46,983 bases of DNA from a virus (lineage: Duplodnaviria; Caudoviricetes): the IMG/VR virus record IMGVR_UViG_3300037751_000148, positions 1 to 46,983 of that record. One strand, 5' to 3'. Under the pieces are notes generated by a model. The model saw only the letters and a program-made list of their open reading frames with translations, was not told the origin of the DNA and did no database searches. Numbering within the stretch: position 1 is the stretch's first letter; the number at the start of each line of letters is the position of its first letter. This document shows positions 18,012 to 27,504 of this stretch, one piece after another. The translations under genes and the position numbers were made by a program.

Positions 18012-18818
18012 ATGAGTTACGAAGCAGAAAACGGTATCGATCCTGTCGAGCAGGAACTAGACCCTAATTTCGTTCCGCCTAACGACGGTTCTTGGGTGCC
18101 TCGAAAGGTCATGAACGAGCGTGTTGGATCTGCTGTTACAAAAGTCGAACAGCAGTTGGCTGTTGAGCGCGAAGCACGTATTCGCCTTGAGGAGAAGGTC
18201 AAGAGCTTGGCTACCTCCCAACAGTCTGTTCAGACTAAAGAGGAGCCGACCTATACAATGGCTCAGCTCCGGGAGTACGTTGAGGAGGGCAAGATCTCCC
18301 AGGTTCAGGCTGACGGGATCTACGAAGCTCAGAATGACAAGCGCATCAAGTCTGAGATTGATAAGGCGATGAAAACTCATCAGCAATCGACCTCAGTGCT
18401 CTCGACTGTTGAGAATGGGCTAAGTACCTACCTTGACCTGATCCCCGACCTCCTGACAGAGGGGAGCAAGAACAGGACCAAGGTAGCGGCAGAGTACAAC
18501 AAGCTTATCCCTGTGTTCGGCGCTCCTGTCCCTGATTCCTTGGAGGATAAGCGACTCCAACTCGTGGCTCTCCAGAATGCTTTCGGTGATGCCAGTACCC
18601 TGAAACAACAGCGCCTGGCTCGGTCTAACACTGCCGGTGAGAGGGAAACCCACCAAGAATACGCGGGCCAAGGTGACGAACCTGGTGCGTCGGAAGATAA
18701 TAAAGTGTTGAAAGGACTTTCAAAACACAAGCAAGACTACTATCGTAAGATGATAGACAAGGGCTTCTATAAGAGTTGGAAGGAGGTTGGTGAGGAACTT
18801 AAATATGCCAGCCGCTAG
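18012..18818 (+). CDS. Capsid scaffolding protein (putative)
   Basis: Charged coiled-coil protein upstream of the capsid genes; CAGGAG SD. Confidence 0.7.
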   Translation: MSYEAENGIDPVEQELDPNFVPPNDGSWVPRKVMNERVGSAVTKVEQQLAVEREARIRLEEKVKSLATSQQSVQTKEEPTYTMAQLREYVEEGKISQVQADGIYEAQNDKRIKSEIDKAMKTHQQSTSVLSTVENGLSTYLDLIPDLLTEGSKNRTKVAAEYNKLIPVFGAPVPDSLEDKRLQLVALQNAFGDASTLKQQRLARSNTAGERETHQEYAGQGDEPGASEDNKVLKGLSKHKQDYYRKMIDKGFYKSWKEVGEELKYASR

Positions 18819-19161
18819 AGGCTTCGAGATCTTGAAGCGTGTCGATATGACTGATCCCAAGGTTAGGGAGAAGGAGATGACACATCCCGGTCGAAAGATC
18901 GGGGGAACACACGGGTCGTGGATTTCAGACCTTGTAGAATTAAAGAAATCTATTGTTCTATGCCACGCTTGTACTAGGAAGTTCGATCACAAGAAGAACA
19001 ACTATTACAAGCAGTGTGAGTTTCCTCACGTACTAGGTAAGTGCGATGCCTGTAAGAACTTCGGAAAAGGAGACTTGTTTCTCCACTGGAGCGAGGCGAA
19101 GAAATGTTGGGCTATCAAAGAGCAGACTTCACGGTTGCAAAAGCCCATTCCTTGGCTCTGA
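18805..19161 (+). CDS. Hypothetical protein with CxxC pairs
   Basis: CHAC and CDAC motifs; ATG at 18805 after GAGGA. Confidence 0.6.
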   Translation: MPAARGFEILKRVDMTDPKVREKEMTHPGRKIGGTHGSWISDLVELKKSIVLCHACTRKFDHKKNNYYKQCEFPHVLGKCDACKNFGKGDLFLHWSEAKKCWAIKEQTSRLQKPIPWL

Positions 19162-19178
19162 ACAGTAGGTAAAAAATC

Positions 19179-19895
19179 ATGGAAATTACAGGCTTCTTCT
19201 CAGGGGGAGCGCCGATCATCAAGAAGTACCAAGTCTCTGAAGACATGGCAAACTCTGGTGTTCCGGTAATCGTCCCCGCCGCTGGTGGTGCCGGTCTTCG
19301 ACTAGCAACCACAACTGCTGCTGCTGATATGGTCGGCGTAACAGTTGACAGCCAAAATGACTATCAAACGGCTCAGCAATCCGACAACTCAAGCCCTGAA
19401 CGGCTCGTATCGGTCTGTGTAAACCCCGACGTTATGCTCCGCGCAAGGCTATCAGGTGGTTCGACTGAAGACACCGCTCTGTCTGTCGGGATCGTTGACA
19501 CTGCATCAACTACCGGTTTGGACGTTAACACACAGGTTAACTACACGAACTTTGACGAAGGTGCGATCTTCGGTTACGCCGGTGGTAACGTCTACCAGCT
19601 TCGCCGTATCGGTGTCGGTGACGGTACTGATGCAACCGTAGTTGTCGCGTTCCCTGTCGATATCGAAGTCGGGGACCAGTTCCTGCACGTTCCGTTCTGG
19701 CCTGCTGATAACCAGTTTGTGCAGCTGACCACGAATCTGACGCAAGTCGATGCATCCGTGGCTGTCGATACCGACAACTCTAACTTCAGGGTTCTGGAAC
19801 TGCTGTTGAAGGACTTTAGTGAGAACGGGTCCACCACTAGCAGCGTAATTCTGGTTCCGTTCGATCACCTATTCGCCGCTGGCGGATCTGTCTAA
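19179..19895 (+). CDS. Capsid decoration/auxiliary protein (putative)
   Basis: Beta-rich 238-aa protein directly before the major capsid gene. Confidence 0.6.
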   Translation: MEITGFFSGGAPIIKKYQVSEDMANSGVPVIVPAAGGAGLRLATTTAAADMVGVTVDSQNDYQTAQQSDNSSPERLVSVCVNPDVMLRARLSGGSTEDTALSVGIVDTASTTGLDVNTQVNYTNFDEGAIFGYAGGNVYQLRRIGVGDGTDATVVVAFPVDIEVGDQFLHVPFWPADNQFVQLTTNLTQVDASVAVDTDNSNFRVLELLLKDFSENGSTTSSVILVPFDHLFAAGGSV

Positions 19896-19907
19896 GGAGT
19901 TGCCAAC

Positions 19908-20825
19908 ATGGCCGTACCTCACATTCCTGGTAACTTCGGAGATCTGTTAGATCCTCGGTTCCAGAAGATATTTAACGAGCAGTACAAGTCGGTTCCCGAC
20001 ATGCTGCCAATGCTGTTTAACTTCGAGCCTGACAATGGTCGGAACTCAATGCAGTGGTCCTCTGTTGGAACTGTGCCTGACTTCGAGCAACTGTCTGGCA
20101 ACGTTTCATACAACTCCCAGAACCAAGGGTATGACGTTACCGCAACTCACGTTGAATTCTCTAACGGGATTCAGGTTGAGCGAACCTTGTTTGATGATGA
20201 CCAGTACAACATCATCAACCAGCGTCCAAAAGCACTGGCTCACGCAGCAGCCCGGACACGCCAGAAGCACGGTGCACGGATTCTGAACAACGCCTTTGCG
20301 GTTGACACCCTGTTCTATGCAAACAGCGAGGGTGTGGCTCTGTGTTCCAACAGCCATATCACAACCTCTGGTGCAAGTACGGCCAACGGGTTTGACAACC
20401 TCGGAACGGCCTCTCTGACCGCTACAGCTGTCGCAGCTGCACGGATTCAGATGACCGGGTTCCGTGGTGACCAGGCTGAGCGGATCTCTGTCCTCCCTGA
20501 CGAACTCTGGATTCCGCCTGACCTGTATGAACAGGCATTCGAGATCACAAAGAGTGCTGGCAAGGTAGACACCGCCAACAACAACCGCAACGTTCACGAG
20601 GGCCGGTACAAGGTCATTGAGTGGAACTACCTGACTGATGCCAACAACTGGTATCTGGTCGATTCGACCCTTCGGAACCAGAGTGTTCACTGGGTGGATC
20701 GTGTAGCGCTTGAGTTCGCAATGATGGAGGATTTCGACACCTTCATCGCGAAATGGCGGGCCTACATGCGCTACTCAATGGCGCATACCGACTGGCGCTG
20801 GATCATGGGCCATCAGGTAGCTTGA
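19908..20825 (+). CDS. Major capsid protein (Mu gpT-like HK97 fold)
   Basis: FDDDQYNII, EGVALCSNSH, PDELWIPPDL, C-terminal DWRWIMG; strong AAGGAG SD; followed by a hairpin. Confidence 0.88.
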   Translation: MAVPHIPGNFGDLLDPRFQKIFNEQYKSVPDMLPMLFNFEPDNGRNSMQWSSVGTVPDFEQLSGNVSYNSQNQGYDVTATHVEFSNGIQVERTLFDDDQYNIINQRPKALAHAAARTRQKHGARILNNAFAVDTLFYANSEGVALCSNSHITTSGASTANGFDNLGTASLTATAVAAARIQMTGFRGDQAERISVLPDELWIPPDLYEQAFEITKSAGKVDTANNNRNVHEGRYKVIEWNYLTDANNWYLVDSTLRNQSVHWVDRVALEFAMMEDFDTFIAKWRAYMRYSMAHTDWRWIMGHQVA

Positions 20826-20829
20826 TTGT

Positions 20830-20845
20830 AGGGGCTTCGGCCCCT
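20830..20845 (+). terminator. Stem-loop after the major capsid gene
   Basis: AGGGGC-TTCG-GCCCCT; weak U tail, so probably a partial terminator or mRNA stabiliser. Confidence 0.65.
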
Positions 20846-20869
20846 CTATCTCTTCAGAGGTTGTGAGAA

Positions 20870-21550
20870 ATGCCTACTACGAATTATCCTCAAGGGGTCA
20901 CAACAGCGGCTCAGTCTGACCCGCTGGGTGCCTTTATCCTCCCGGATGTGACGAAAGCTCATGTCTATTTCGATGACTTCGACACCTACTTGGCTGGCGA
21001 GTGGACCGTGACAGAAGTCGGTGCAGCTACCCAGGCCCTTGCGAACGGCGACGGTGGCCTGCTTCTGGTTACAAACGCCGCTGCAGACAATAACAGCTCG
21101 TTCTCACAGAAAGTCGGTGAGTCGTTCCTTGTTGCTGCCGGAAAGAAGCTGTGGTTCGAGGCAAGGTTAAAGGTGTCGGATGCTACTGAGTCGGACTGGG
21201 TTATCGGACTGCAGATCACAGACACAACACCACTCGGCGTTACAGACGGAATCTTCTTCCAGAAGAACGACGGCGACACTAACATCGACTTCCATGTCGA
21301 GAAGGACAGCACCGTCACAAGCAGCACTGCAATCGCCACGAACGTTGACGATACCTATGTCCGTCTCGGGTTCTACTACGATGGTGTTGATTCTGTCTAT
21401 GCCTTCGTAAACGGCGTCTCAACGGATCGGCTGGCGGTTACCAACCTCCCGGATGATGAGGAGCTTACCGTTTCCTTCGGCATCCAGAACGGGGAGGCTG
21501 TGGCTAAGACGATGACGATTGACTACATTTTTGCAGCCAAGGAGCGTTAA
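20870..21550 (+). CDS. Virion structural protein with concanavalin/LamG-like beta fold
   Basis: YFDDF...LGFYYDG...FVNG...MTIDYIFAAKER. Confidence 0.7.
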   Translation: MPTTNYPQGVTTAAQSDPLGAFILPDVTKAHVYFDDFDTYLAGEWTVTEVGAATQALANGDGGLLLVTNAAADNNSSFSQKVGESFLVAAGKKLWFEARLKVSDATESDWVIGLQITDTTPLGVTDGIFFQKNDGDTNIDFHVEKDSTVTSSTAIATNVDDTYVRLGFYYDGVDSVYAFVNGVSTDRLAVTNLPDDEELTVSFGIQNGEAVAKTMTIDYIFAAKER

Positions 21551-21551
21551 G

Positions 21552-21731
21552 ATGAAGCTTGAACTTCACTTCACGGCGTATTCTGAGAAGCAGAAGATAG
21601 CGATCTTGAAGGCAGTCTCTGATTTCGCTATCTACCTTCCAGAAAGGATCTCTATAGGGCCTGTCTCCGTCAAAGAGCCAAGCCGTAACAAGCAGAGGAA
21701 GGAGGCCGAAAGTGGCGAATCCGAACTTTAA
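21552..21731 (+). CDS. Hypothetical protein
   Basis: ATG at 21552 after AAGGAG. Confidence 0.5.
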   Translation: MKLELHFTAYSEKQKIAILKAVSDFAIYLPERISIGPVSVKEPSRNKQRKEAESGESEL

Positions 21732-21894
21732 AAAGATGGGCGGGGAAGCGCCGCCTAAAGGGAAGGCTGGGTCTGACAGCTCCACCATTAATGAGAAGAC
21801 AGCCGACTGGCCGGGGCTGCCCGGAAAAGCAGGTCCAGACCGGTCGCAAGGTGTTCCAAAGCTTAAGCAAAGCCCGAAGTCTGAGGGCATTTAA
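21712..21894 (+). CDS. Small basic hypothetical protein
   Basis: GTG start after GGAGG. Confidence 0.55.
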   Translation: MANPNFKKMGGEAPPKGKAGSDSSTINEKTADWPGLPGKAGPDRSQGVPKLKQSPKSEGI

Positions 21895-21908
21895 ACCAGA
21901 GGTCCAAA

Positions 21909-22523
21909 ATGCAAAACCTTCTACGGCCAAACCAGATTGCCGATCTGAAGCAAGAGGAGCAACAGCTTCTTGGCAAATTCAAGCAGCATGACTCCGACAA
22001 GGGAGCCATCAGCGGGCAGCTGAAACGCCTTAACAAGCAGATCGAGACGCAATCCCCGAAACCCTTTGAGGGCAAGGAGAAGGACAACGCTATCCAGGCT
22101 CAAAAGGAGTTGCTCGAAACCCTGCGTGAAGGTATGCCATCACATGAAGAGATGCGGAAAGCGCCTCCCGGAGCCGTCGATAAACACATGCGTTGGGAGA
22201 AGCGGAACAAGGAGAACATCATTCGTTGGAAGAACAACGAACTCCGTCTTAACCATGATTCCGACGATGTTGAGATTGCAAACTTGGAGAAGTACAGACC
22301 AACGGCGTCGTCTCTGAACATGGGCAATGCCTTCATCCCCGGCACTCAGTATTTCATGCCTCCGGGGCCAGTCCCTGTAACGAACGTTGCATCTGATGCC
22401 GACAAGAAACTCATCGCTGAGATGAACGAAAAGCTGGTAGAACAGGCTGTCGCGAATCAAGACGCAAAGCTTGCCAAGTGGCTTGGAATCAACCTTTCTG
22501 ACTATGAAGTCAGTGACAAGTAA
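21909..22523 (+). CDS. Hypothetical coiled-coil protein
   Basis: 204-aa ORF with GAGG SD. Confidence 0.7.
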   Translation: MQNLLRPNQIADLKQEEQQLLGKFKQHDSDKGAISGQLKRLNKQIETQSPKPFEGKEKDNAIQAQKELLETLREGMPSHEEMRKAPPGAVDKHMRWEKRNKENIIRWKNNELRLNHDSDDVEIANLEKYRPTASSLNMGNAFIPGTQYFMPPGPVPVTNVASDADKKLIAEMNEKLVEQAVANQDAKLAKWLGINLSDYEVSDK

Positions 22524-22534
22524 GAGGATTTGAG

Positions 22535-23557
22535 ATGGCCTTCCCATTTACGTTCGAATCTAACTTCGAATCGGGTACAGCCGGAGAGTGGGATAGCGAG
22601 ACAGATACTGTCGGGCAGCTAGATTTCCCGTCCTATAAGGACCTGGCTAGACTCCCGCACCGCACTGCAGCGCCATTCTCAGGGGCATATTGCATGAGAG
22701 CCATACTGTCGGGCGGGACGGCAGATGCCTTTGTTCTGGAGGGCGACCTGAACATTGCTGCCGATGGCAACGAGTTCATAAAGTTTGACGTTTGGCTGAG
22801 CCCTGACTTCACTGGGACGTCAGACGATACCGTTGTCCTGTTTGAGTCACAGTCCGCGTCTGCTGTTGAAGTTGCCTTCGGCCTTAGGGTAGTCGCGGCC
22901 ACTAACGCCATCAACTTCGGTGTCGGGAAGGCTACTCCAACGTCGTTCGGATCTATCGATATCCAACGAGGTGTTTGGTACACCGTCGAACTCGATATAA
23001 CCCTATCGACCGCTGTCACAGCAAACGGAACGATCGATCTGTATGTGACCAAGGAGGGGGACAAGCCAGGTCCGGTTCACGTAGCACAGGTAACAGGTCT
23101 GACACAGATAGCTGCGATTCAGGGTGTCCTCGGCATCCAGGATCACCTTGCCACGACCACAGGGGCGATCCTGTTCGATAACTTCGTCTCAGACGACGGC
23201 AGGGTATACCCGAAGAGGAACCGCTGGCCGGAGGAGATCCTTCTAACAAAGTCAGGTCACGCATTCGTGGGAGCCGGTAAGATTCGTAACGTCACGCTTC
23301 TTTCAGGGGCGGGGACTGACTGTGTTTTGTCCGTATTCGATACCGACGAGGCCGACGTAAACGACGCGACAAACATTGTCGTTGAGCTTAGGAACACGGC
23401 GGATAACGAGACAGTTGATCCGGCTGGTGTGCCAGTCTGCCTGAGCCAGGGTGCCTACGTTCAGCTGTCTGGCACTAACCCAAGGGCAATGGTCCAAGTG
23501 ATGCACGTTGACGCGTTCGGCACTCCTGCCGCCGTTCGCCGTATTGGAGGTCGCTAA
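22535..23557 (+). CDS. Virion structural protein (beta-sandwich)
   Basis: FESNFESG...GVWYTVEL...LFDNF lectin-like pattern. Confidence 0.65.
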   Translation: MAFPFTFESNFESGTAGEWDSETDTVGQLDFPSYKDLARLPHRTAAPFSGAYCMRAILSGGTADAFVLEGDLNIAADGNEFIKFDVWLSPDFTGTSDDTVVLFESQSASAVEVAFGLRVVAATNAINFGVGKATPTSFGSIDIQRGVWYTVELDITLSTAVTANGTIDLYVTKEGDKPGPVHVAQVTGLTQIAAIQGVLGIQDHLATTTGAILFDNFVSDDGRVYPKRNRWPEEILLTKSGHAFVGAGKIRNVTLLSGAGTDCVLSVFDTDEADVNDATNIVVELRNTADNETVDPAGVPVCLSQGAYVQLSGTNPRAMVQVMHVDAFGTPAAVRRIGGR

Positions 23558-24078
23558 TGGCTACCAAAGTCCACCACCTAGAGGCCCTGAACGGCCTTGA
23601 CGGTATGCAGTCTCTGATGATGCTCCTTACCAATCCCAGTAAGTATGACTCCGCGTTTAAGGAGCTGATCAAGATCCGGGAGGAGGTCAGGAAGCTGATA
23701 GAACTTATCGGACCGGCTGATGAGATCCCTACCCTGAGGGGCGCGGCCCGGTATGCCCTTGAGCAGGCCAGAGTAGAGGCTGAGGCAATTGTTAAGAAGT
23801 CGGTGGAGAAAACTGACAGGGTTCAGAAAAAACTGGATTCCGACGTAGCCGCCTTCGAGAAGCGAGTCACTGAAGCGAACGCTTCCATGTCTTCAAAGGC
23901 GGAAAGGATCGAAGCAGATCGCCAAGCGCTCCTGATCCTTGGCCGTGCTGTGAGTGCGGATCGTAAAGATCTTGACAGTAGGCTGGAACGCCTCGCTCTG
24001 GATGAAAAGATCGCTGCTGGTTTGAAGGCTGACTATACCGAGCGTCTGCGTCGGTTCAAGGAGGCTACAAGTGAGTAA
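23557..24078 (+). CDS. Hypothetical coiled-coil protein
   Basis: 173 aa; TAATG coupling. Confidence 0.65.
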   Translation: MATKVHHLEALNGLDGMQSLMMLLTNPSKYDSAFKELIKIREEVRKLIELIGPADEIPTLRGAARYALEQARVEAEAIVKKSVEKTDRVQKKLDSDVAAFEKRVTEANASMSSKAERIEADRQALLILGRAVSADRKDLDSRLERLALDEKIAAGLKADYTERLRRFKEATSE

Positions 24079-24256
24079 TGTTTCTGCCTGCGATACGGTT
24101 ATTAAGGGGTTCGGCCTGGTACGGGACAAGGACGGCAAGCCAAAGATCGATGACCCAAAAAATCTGCCTATCGAGATCTACAACATGCTGACCGACGAGG
24201 AGAAGATTTCGTTTCCTAGAGATGGCGCTTACAGAGTCGGTGGAGATGAGCGATAA
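24071..24256 (+). CDS. Hypothetical protein
   Basis: GTG start after AGGAGG. Confidence 0.55.
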   Translation: MSNVSACDTVIKGFGLVRDKDGKPKIDDPKNLPIEIYNMLTDEEKISFPRDGAYRVGGDER

Positions 24257-25067
24257 AACAGCAGAGTTTTTTAAGCGTCATAGCAAGGTAGTTCTATACC
24301 TATCGGCAGGGAAGGACTCGGCATCCTGCCTATGGCTCTTGGAGCCTTACTGGGACCGGATGACCGTCATGTGGGCAAACCCTGGCAACCCGTACCCTGA
24401 GACTGTCGCCTACATGGAATGGATAGCTGGTATGGTTCCGAACTTTGTTGAGGTGAGAGGTAACCAACCCGATTGGGTTAAGAAGTTCGGGCACCCGGTA
24501 GATATACTCCCTGTCTTAGACTCCCCGGTCATGCCTATCCCTGGCAACGAGAAGAACCCGAAGCTGCAGCCGGTCTATAACTGCTGTTTCGATAACTTCT
24601 GGAAACCAGCGATGGACTGGGTTGAGGCGAACGGGTTCACAGGTGTCATACGCGGGCAGAAGGTCTGTGACAGCCTCAGGACTACCTTACTAAGTGGTCA
24701 ATGGGATAATGGGAAGGAGTTCTACCACCCCATCGAAGACTGGGACAACGAACGTGTGATGAGGTATCTTGGTGACCGCGTACCGGATTCTTACAAGAGG
24801 GGTCTAAAATCGTCCCTCGACTGCATGAACTGCACAGCCTATGTTAAGGAGAGTCCGGGCAGGATCTCTGATCTCGCTCTTATCGATCCGTCTGCAGCTC
24901 AAGAGGTTCGTCGGATACACGCATACGTCAGGGAAAAAGCAATGGACGCAATACAGGCTATGGAAGGACCGGTACCCTATGTTCCGGAGACTCTAGGGCT
25001 TCAGAGAGCAATCGAAACTGCACAGCAAAACCTACTTAAAGAACGAGGAACTGGATCATGGCACTGA
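24246..25067 (+). CDS. PAPS/APS reductase-family (PP-loop) protein
   Basis: LSAGKDS PP-loop; CC..NFWKP; IRGQK..D; HPIEDW; SLDCMNCT. Confidence 0.85.
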   Translation: MSDKTAEFFKRHSKVVLYLSAGKDSASCLWLLEPYWDRMTVMWANPGNPYPETVAYMEWIAGMVPNFVEVRGNQPDWVKKFGHPVDILPVLDSPVMPIPGNEKNPKLQPVYNCCFDNFWKPAMDWVEANGFTGVIRGQKVCDSLRTTLLSGQWDNGKEFYHPIEDWDNERVMRYLGDRVPDSYKRGLKSSLDCMNCTAYVKESPGRISDLALIDPSAAQEVRRIHAYVREKAMDAIQAMEGPVPYVPETLGLQRAIETAQQNLLKERGTGSWH

Positions 25068-25444
25068 CACACACAACAGCCGTCCGTAACGTATTGGCGG
25101 ATGCAACCGTCGATGCGATTGACGCCGGTGCGACGGATACTACCGGCGACCTTATCATAATGACTTCCGGCGACGTTGAGGTGGCGACACTGACATGGAC
25201 CGCAACCCCCGCCTTTGGCGCTGCGTCTGGTGGTACCGCAACGATGAACGCCATCAACGACGATACTAGCGCAACTGGCGGAACCGCAGCCCTTTTCAAG
25301 TTCCAGAACCGTGATAACGTTGAGATCTTCCGGGGTACCGTAACAGCAACCGGCGGCGGCGGGGATCTGACACTATCCTCAACTTCGGTCGGTGCGACGG
25401 ATACCGTCTCGATTACGTCCTTCACCTACTCAGCGAGCGCATAG
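25058..25444 (+). CDS. Virion/tail-associated protein
   Basis: Thr/Ala/Gly-rich; RNVLADA...GTAALF...GTVTATGGGGDL...VSITSFTY pattern. Confidence 0.7.
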   Translation: MALTHTTAVRNVLADATVDAIDAGATDTTGDLIIMTSGDVEVATLTWTATPAFGAASGGTATMNAINDDTSATGGTAALFKFQNRDNVEIFRGTVTATGGGGDLTLSSTSVGATDTVSITSFTYSASA

Positions 25445-25446
25445 AC

Positions 25447-25824
25447 ATGGGCGCATTAGTAACCAAACGGTCGCGCCGGATTGCAGATGAGCAGGACTCG
25501 ATCAACCGGGCGACACTGAGCACCATCAGCTCAATGGCCCGCGAGCTTGACCGTGTGAAGCTTATTGCTGCTTGGGCGTTCGACAACCTGCTTCAGGGGA
25601 AGGGTGACATCGAGGAGGCCGATCTAGTTATCATCAAGACGAACTATGAGGCAGCTGCACCCTTAATCCGAGCATTCATCCCATTGCTGGACGACTTGGA
25701 GTCTATCCGAGTAACCGATGCCGAAGGCAACCTTGACCCGATAGCAACCCGGACCGCCTTAGACTCCTTCATCACCAAGTACGGCATCAACGTCGGGACA
25801 TACGACACCCGCTTTGATCAGTAG
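25447..25824 (+). CDS. Hypothetical protein
   Basis: 125-aa ORF in the operon. Confidence 0.6.
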   Translation: MGALVTKRSRRIADEQDSINRATLSTISSMARELDRVKLIAAWAFDNLLQGKGDIEEADLVIIKTNYEAAAPLIRAFIPLLDDLESIRVTDAEGNLDPIATRTALDSFITKYGINVGTYDTRFDQ

Positions 25825-25833
25825 GGGTAACCT

Positions 25834-27495
25834 GTGGCCTTCGGCTTCACCTATACTCTACCGACGATCACAGGGACCCATACTGACCTACCAGTAGTCC
25901 TGAAGACCGCTGACTTCCCTACAGCAGCTGTAGACGGGGGATCGTCCTCCCTCCTTAACGGCGGCGGGGATCTCCGCGCCTATACAAGTAGTGCCAAGAC
26001 AACCCAGCTCCCGCTTCAAGTTATTCGGTTTGTGACAGGAGGCACACCCGACTGTCAGGTATGGGTAAAAGTACCCTCTGCAGCAACTAGCTCCACAATC
26101 TACCTTGAAGCCGATGATGTAGAAACCACACAACCAGCTGTGACCAATGCGTTTGGCCGCAATGCTGTATGGGCTGACTACGTGGCTGTATGGCATCTAG
26201 ATAGCCTAACCGATTCGACAGGAAACGCTCATGATCTAGCAGAGGTCGGCAGTCCAAGCGCGGGGGAGACTGACCCGTTCGGAAGTACCGGGGCATATAG
26301 GGTTACAGGAGGCAACTATTTAGAAGCCTCTTCTTGGGCGAAGGTGCCCCAACCATTTTGGGCACAGGCTTGGGTTAAACCGGATTCTGGCATTACGCAA
26401 ACCATTTTCTCTCAAGGCTCCTCTCTGGAGAATAGTTGGGAAGCGTTACTTATACGGGCTACGTCGAAATGGGAGATTAACTACTCAGGTGCTGGGACAC
26501 CAAGCGGCGCAGATGTAACGAACGGTGTTTGGCAGCTTGCCCACACAAGGATGTTTGGCGGGGAACCAAGGGTCTACGATAACGGCGTCAATGTCGTAAC
26601 AGGAACGCAATCGGGAGAGGCAGGTACTAAAGATGAGTTCGCTCTTGGGATTCTTCTTCGAACAGGAAGTCAGTTAAATCTAGCTGGCTATCTATCTGAA
26701 GTTTGGGTCAGGGAAACGCCGCCTTATACTTTACCCGATGATTTGCAGGCTTGGTCAGAGACAGAGTACAGCAACCAATCCGCTGCAACCGCATGGGGCA
26801 CAGTCGGGGACTGGGAGGACTCGGCGGGAGGAATAACCGGATCTGGAACCCCTCAGGCGACTACTGCAACAGCCTCTGCAGCCGGTATCATCGGCAGATC
26901 TGGAACAGGAACCCCACAGGCTGCAACAGCAACAACCTCTGCAGCTGGAGTAATCGGTAGATCCGGTACCGGGGAACCACAGGCCGAAACTGCAACCTCA
27001 ACCGGCTCCGGATCTGTTGGCCTGACAGGTTCAGGTTCGCCCCAGGCCGAAACTGCAACGACAACCGCCTCTGGTACCCTAACAAGGGCCGGTACTGGGT
27101 CACCACAGGCCGAAACTGCAACAACAACTGCCTCGGGTACCCTAACAAAGATCGGTACCGCCGTTGTCCAATCAGCAACCGCCACAGCAACCGCCTCTGG
27201 TGTGATTGGCAGGTCCGGTACCGGGTCACCGCAGGCCGGAGCAGCTTCGGTCACAGCCTCAGGATCTGTTGTAAAAACAGGTACTGGGTCACCCCAGGCA
27301 GCGACAGCGACAGCGTCTGGTGAAGGTGTAGTATCTGCCATAGGGGTTGTCACAGGCTCTGGATCACCACAGGCTGTAACTGCAACAGCGTCCGGAGAGG
27401 GCATAGTGATTGGTACAGGAGGGGACGGTGGCACAAGGCGGCAGAGATCTATGGCTGCTTTGGTTGGGTCACGGCGGCGGCGGCGAGCTGCATAG
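25834..27495 (+). CDS. Fibre/adhesin-like protein: DUF2341-like and LamG domains plus nine 21-aa repeats
   Basis: GGDLRAY...VWVKVP...YVAVWHL..DSTGN; repeats of type TGSPQAxTATASGxG; Arg-rich C-terminus. Confidence 0.75.
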   Translation: MAFGFTYTLPTITGTHTDLPVVLKTADFPTAAVDGGSSSLLNGGGDLRAYTSSAKTTQLPLQVIRFVTGGTPDCQVWVKVPSAATSSTIYLEADDVETTQPAVTNAFGRNAVWADYVAVWHLDSLTDSTGNAHDLAEVGSPSAGETDPFGSTGAYRVTGGNYLEASSWAKVPQPFWAQAWVKPDSGITQTIFSQGSSLENSWEALLIRATSKWEINYSGAGTPSGADVTNGVWQLAHTRMFGGEPRVYDNGVNVVTGTQSGEAGTKDEFALGILLRTGSQLNLAGYLSEVWVRETPPYTLPDDLQAWSETEYSNQSAATAWGTVGDWEDSAGGITGSGTPQATTATASAAGIIGRSGTGTPQAATATTSAAGVIGRSGTGEPQAETATSTGSGSVGLTGSGSPQAETATTTASGTLTRAGTGSPQAETATTTASGTLTKIGTAVVQSATATATASGVIGRSGTGSPQAGAASVTASGSVVKTGTGSPQAATATASGEGVVSAIGVVTGSGSPQAVTATASGEGIVIGTGGDGGTRRQRSMAALVGSRRRRRAA

Positions 27496-27504
27496 GAGGC
27501 TAAA

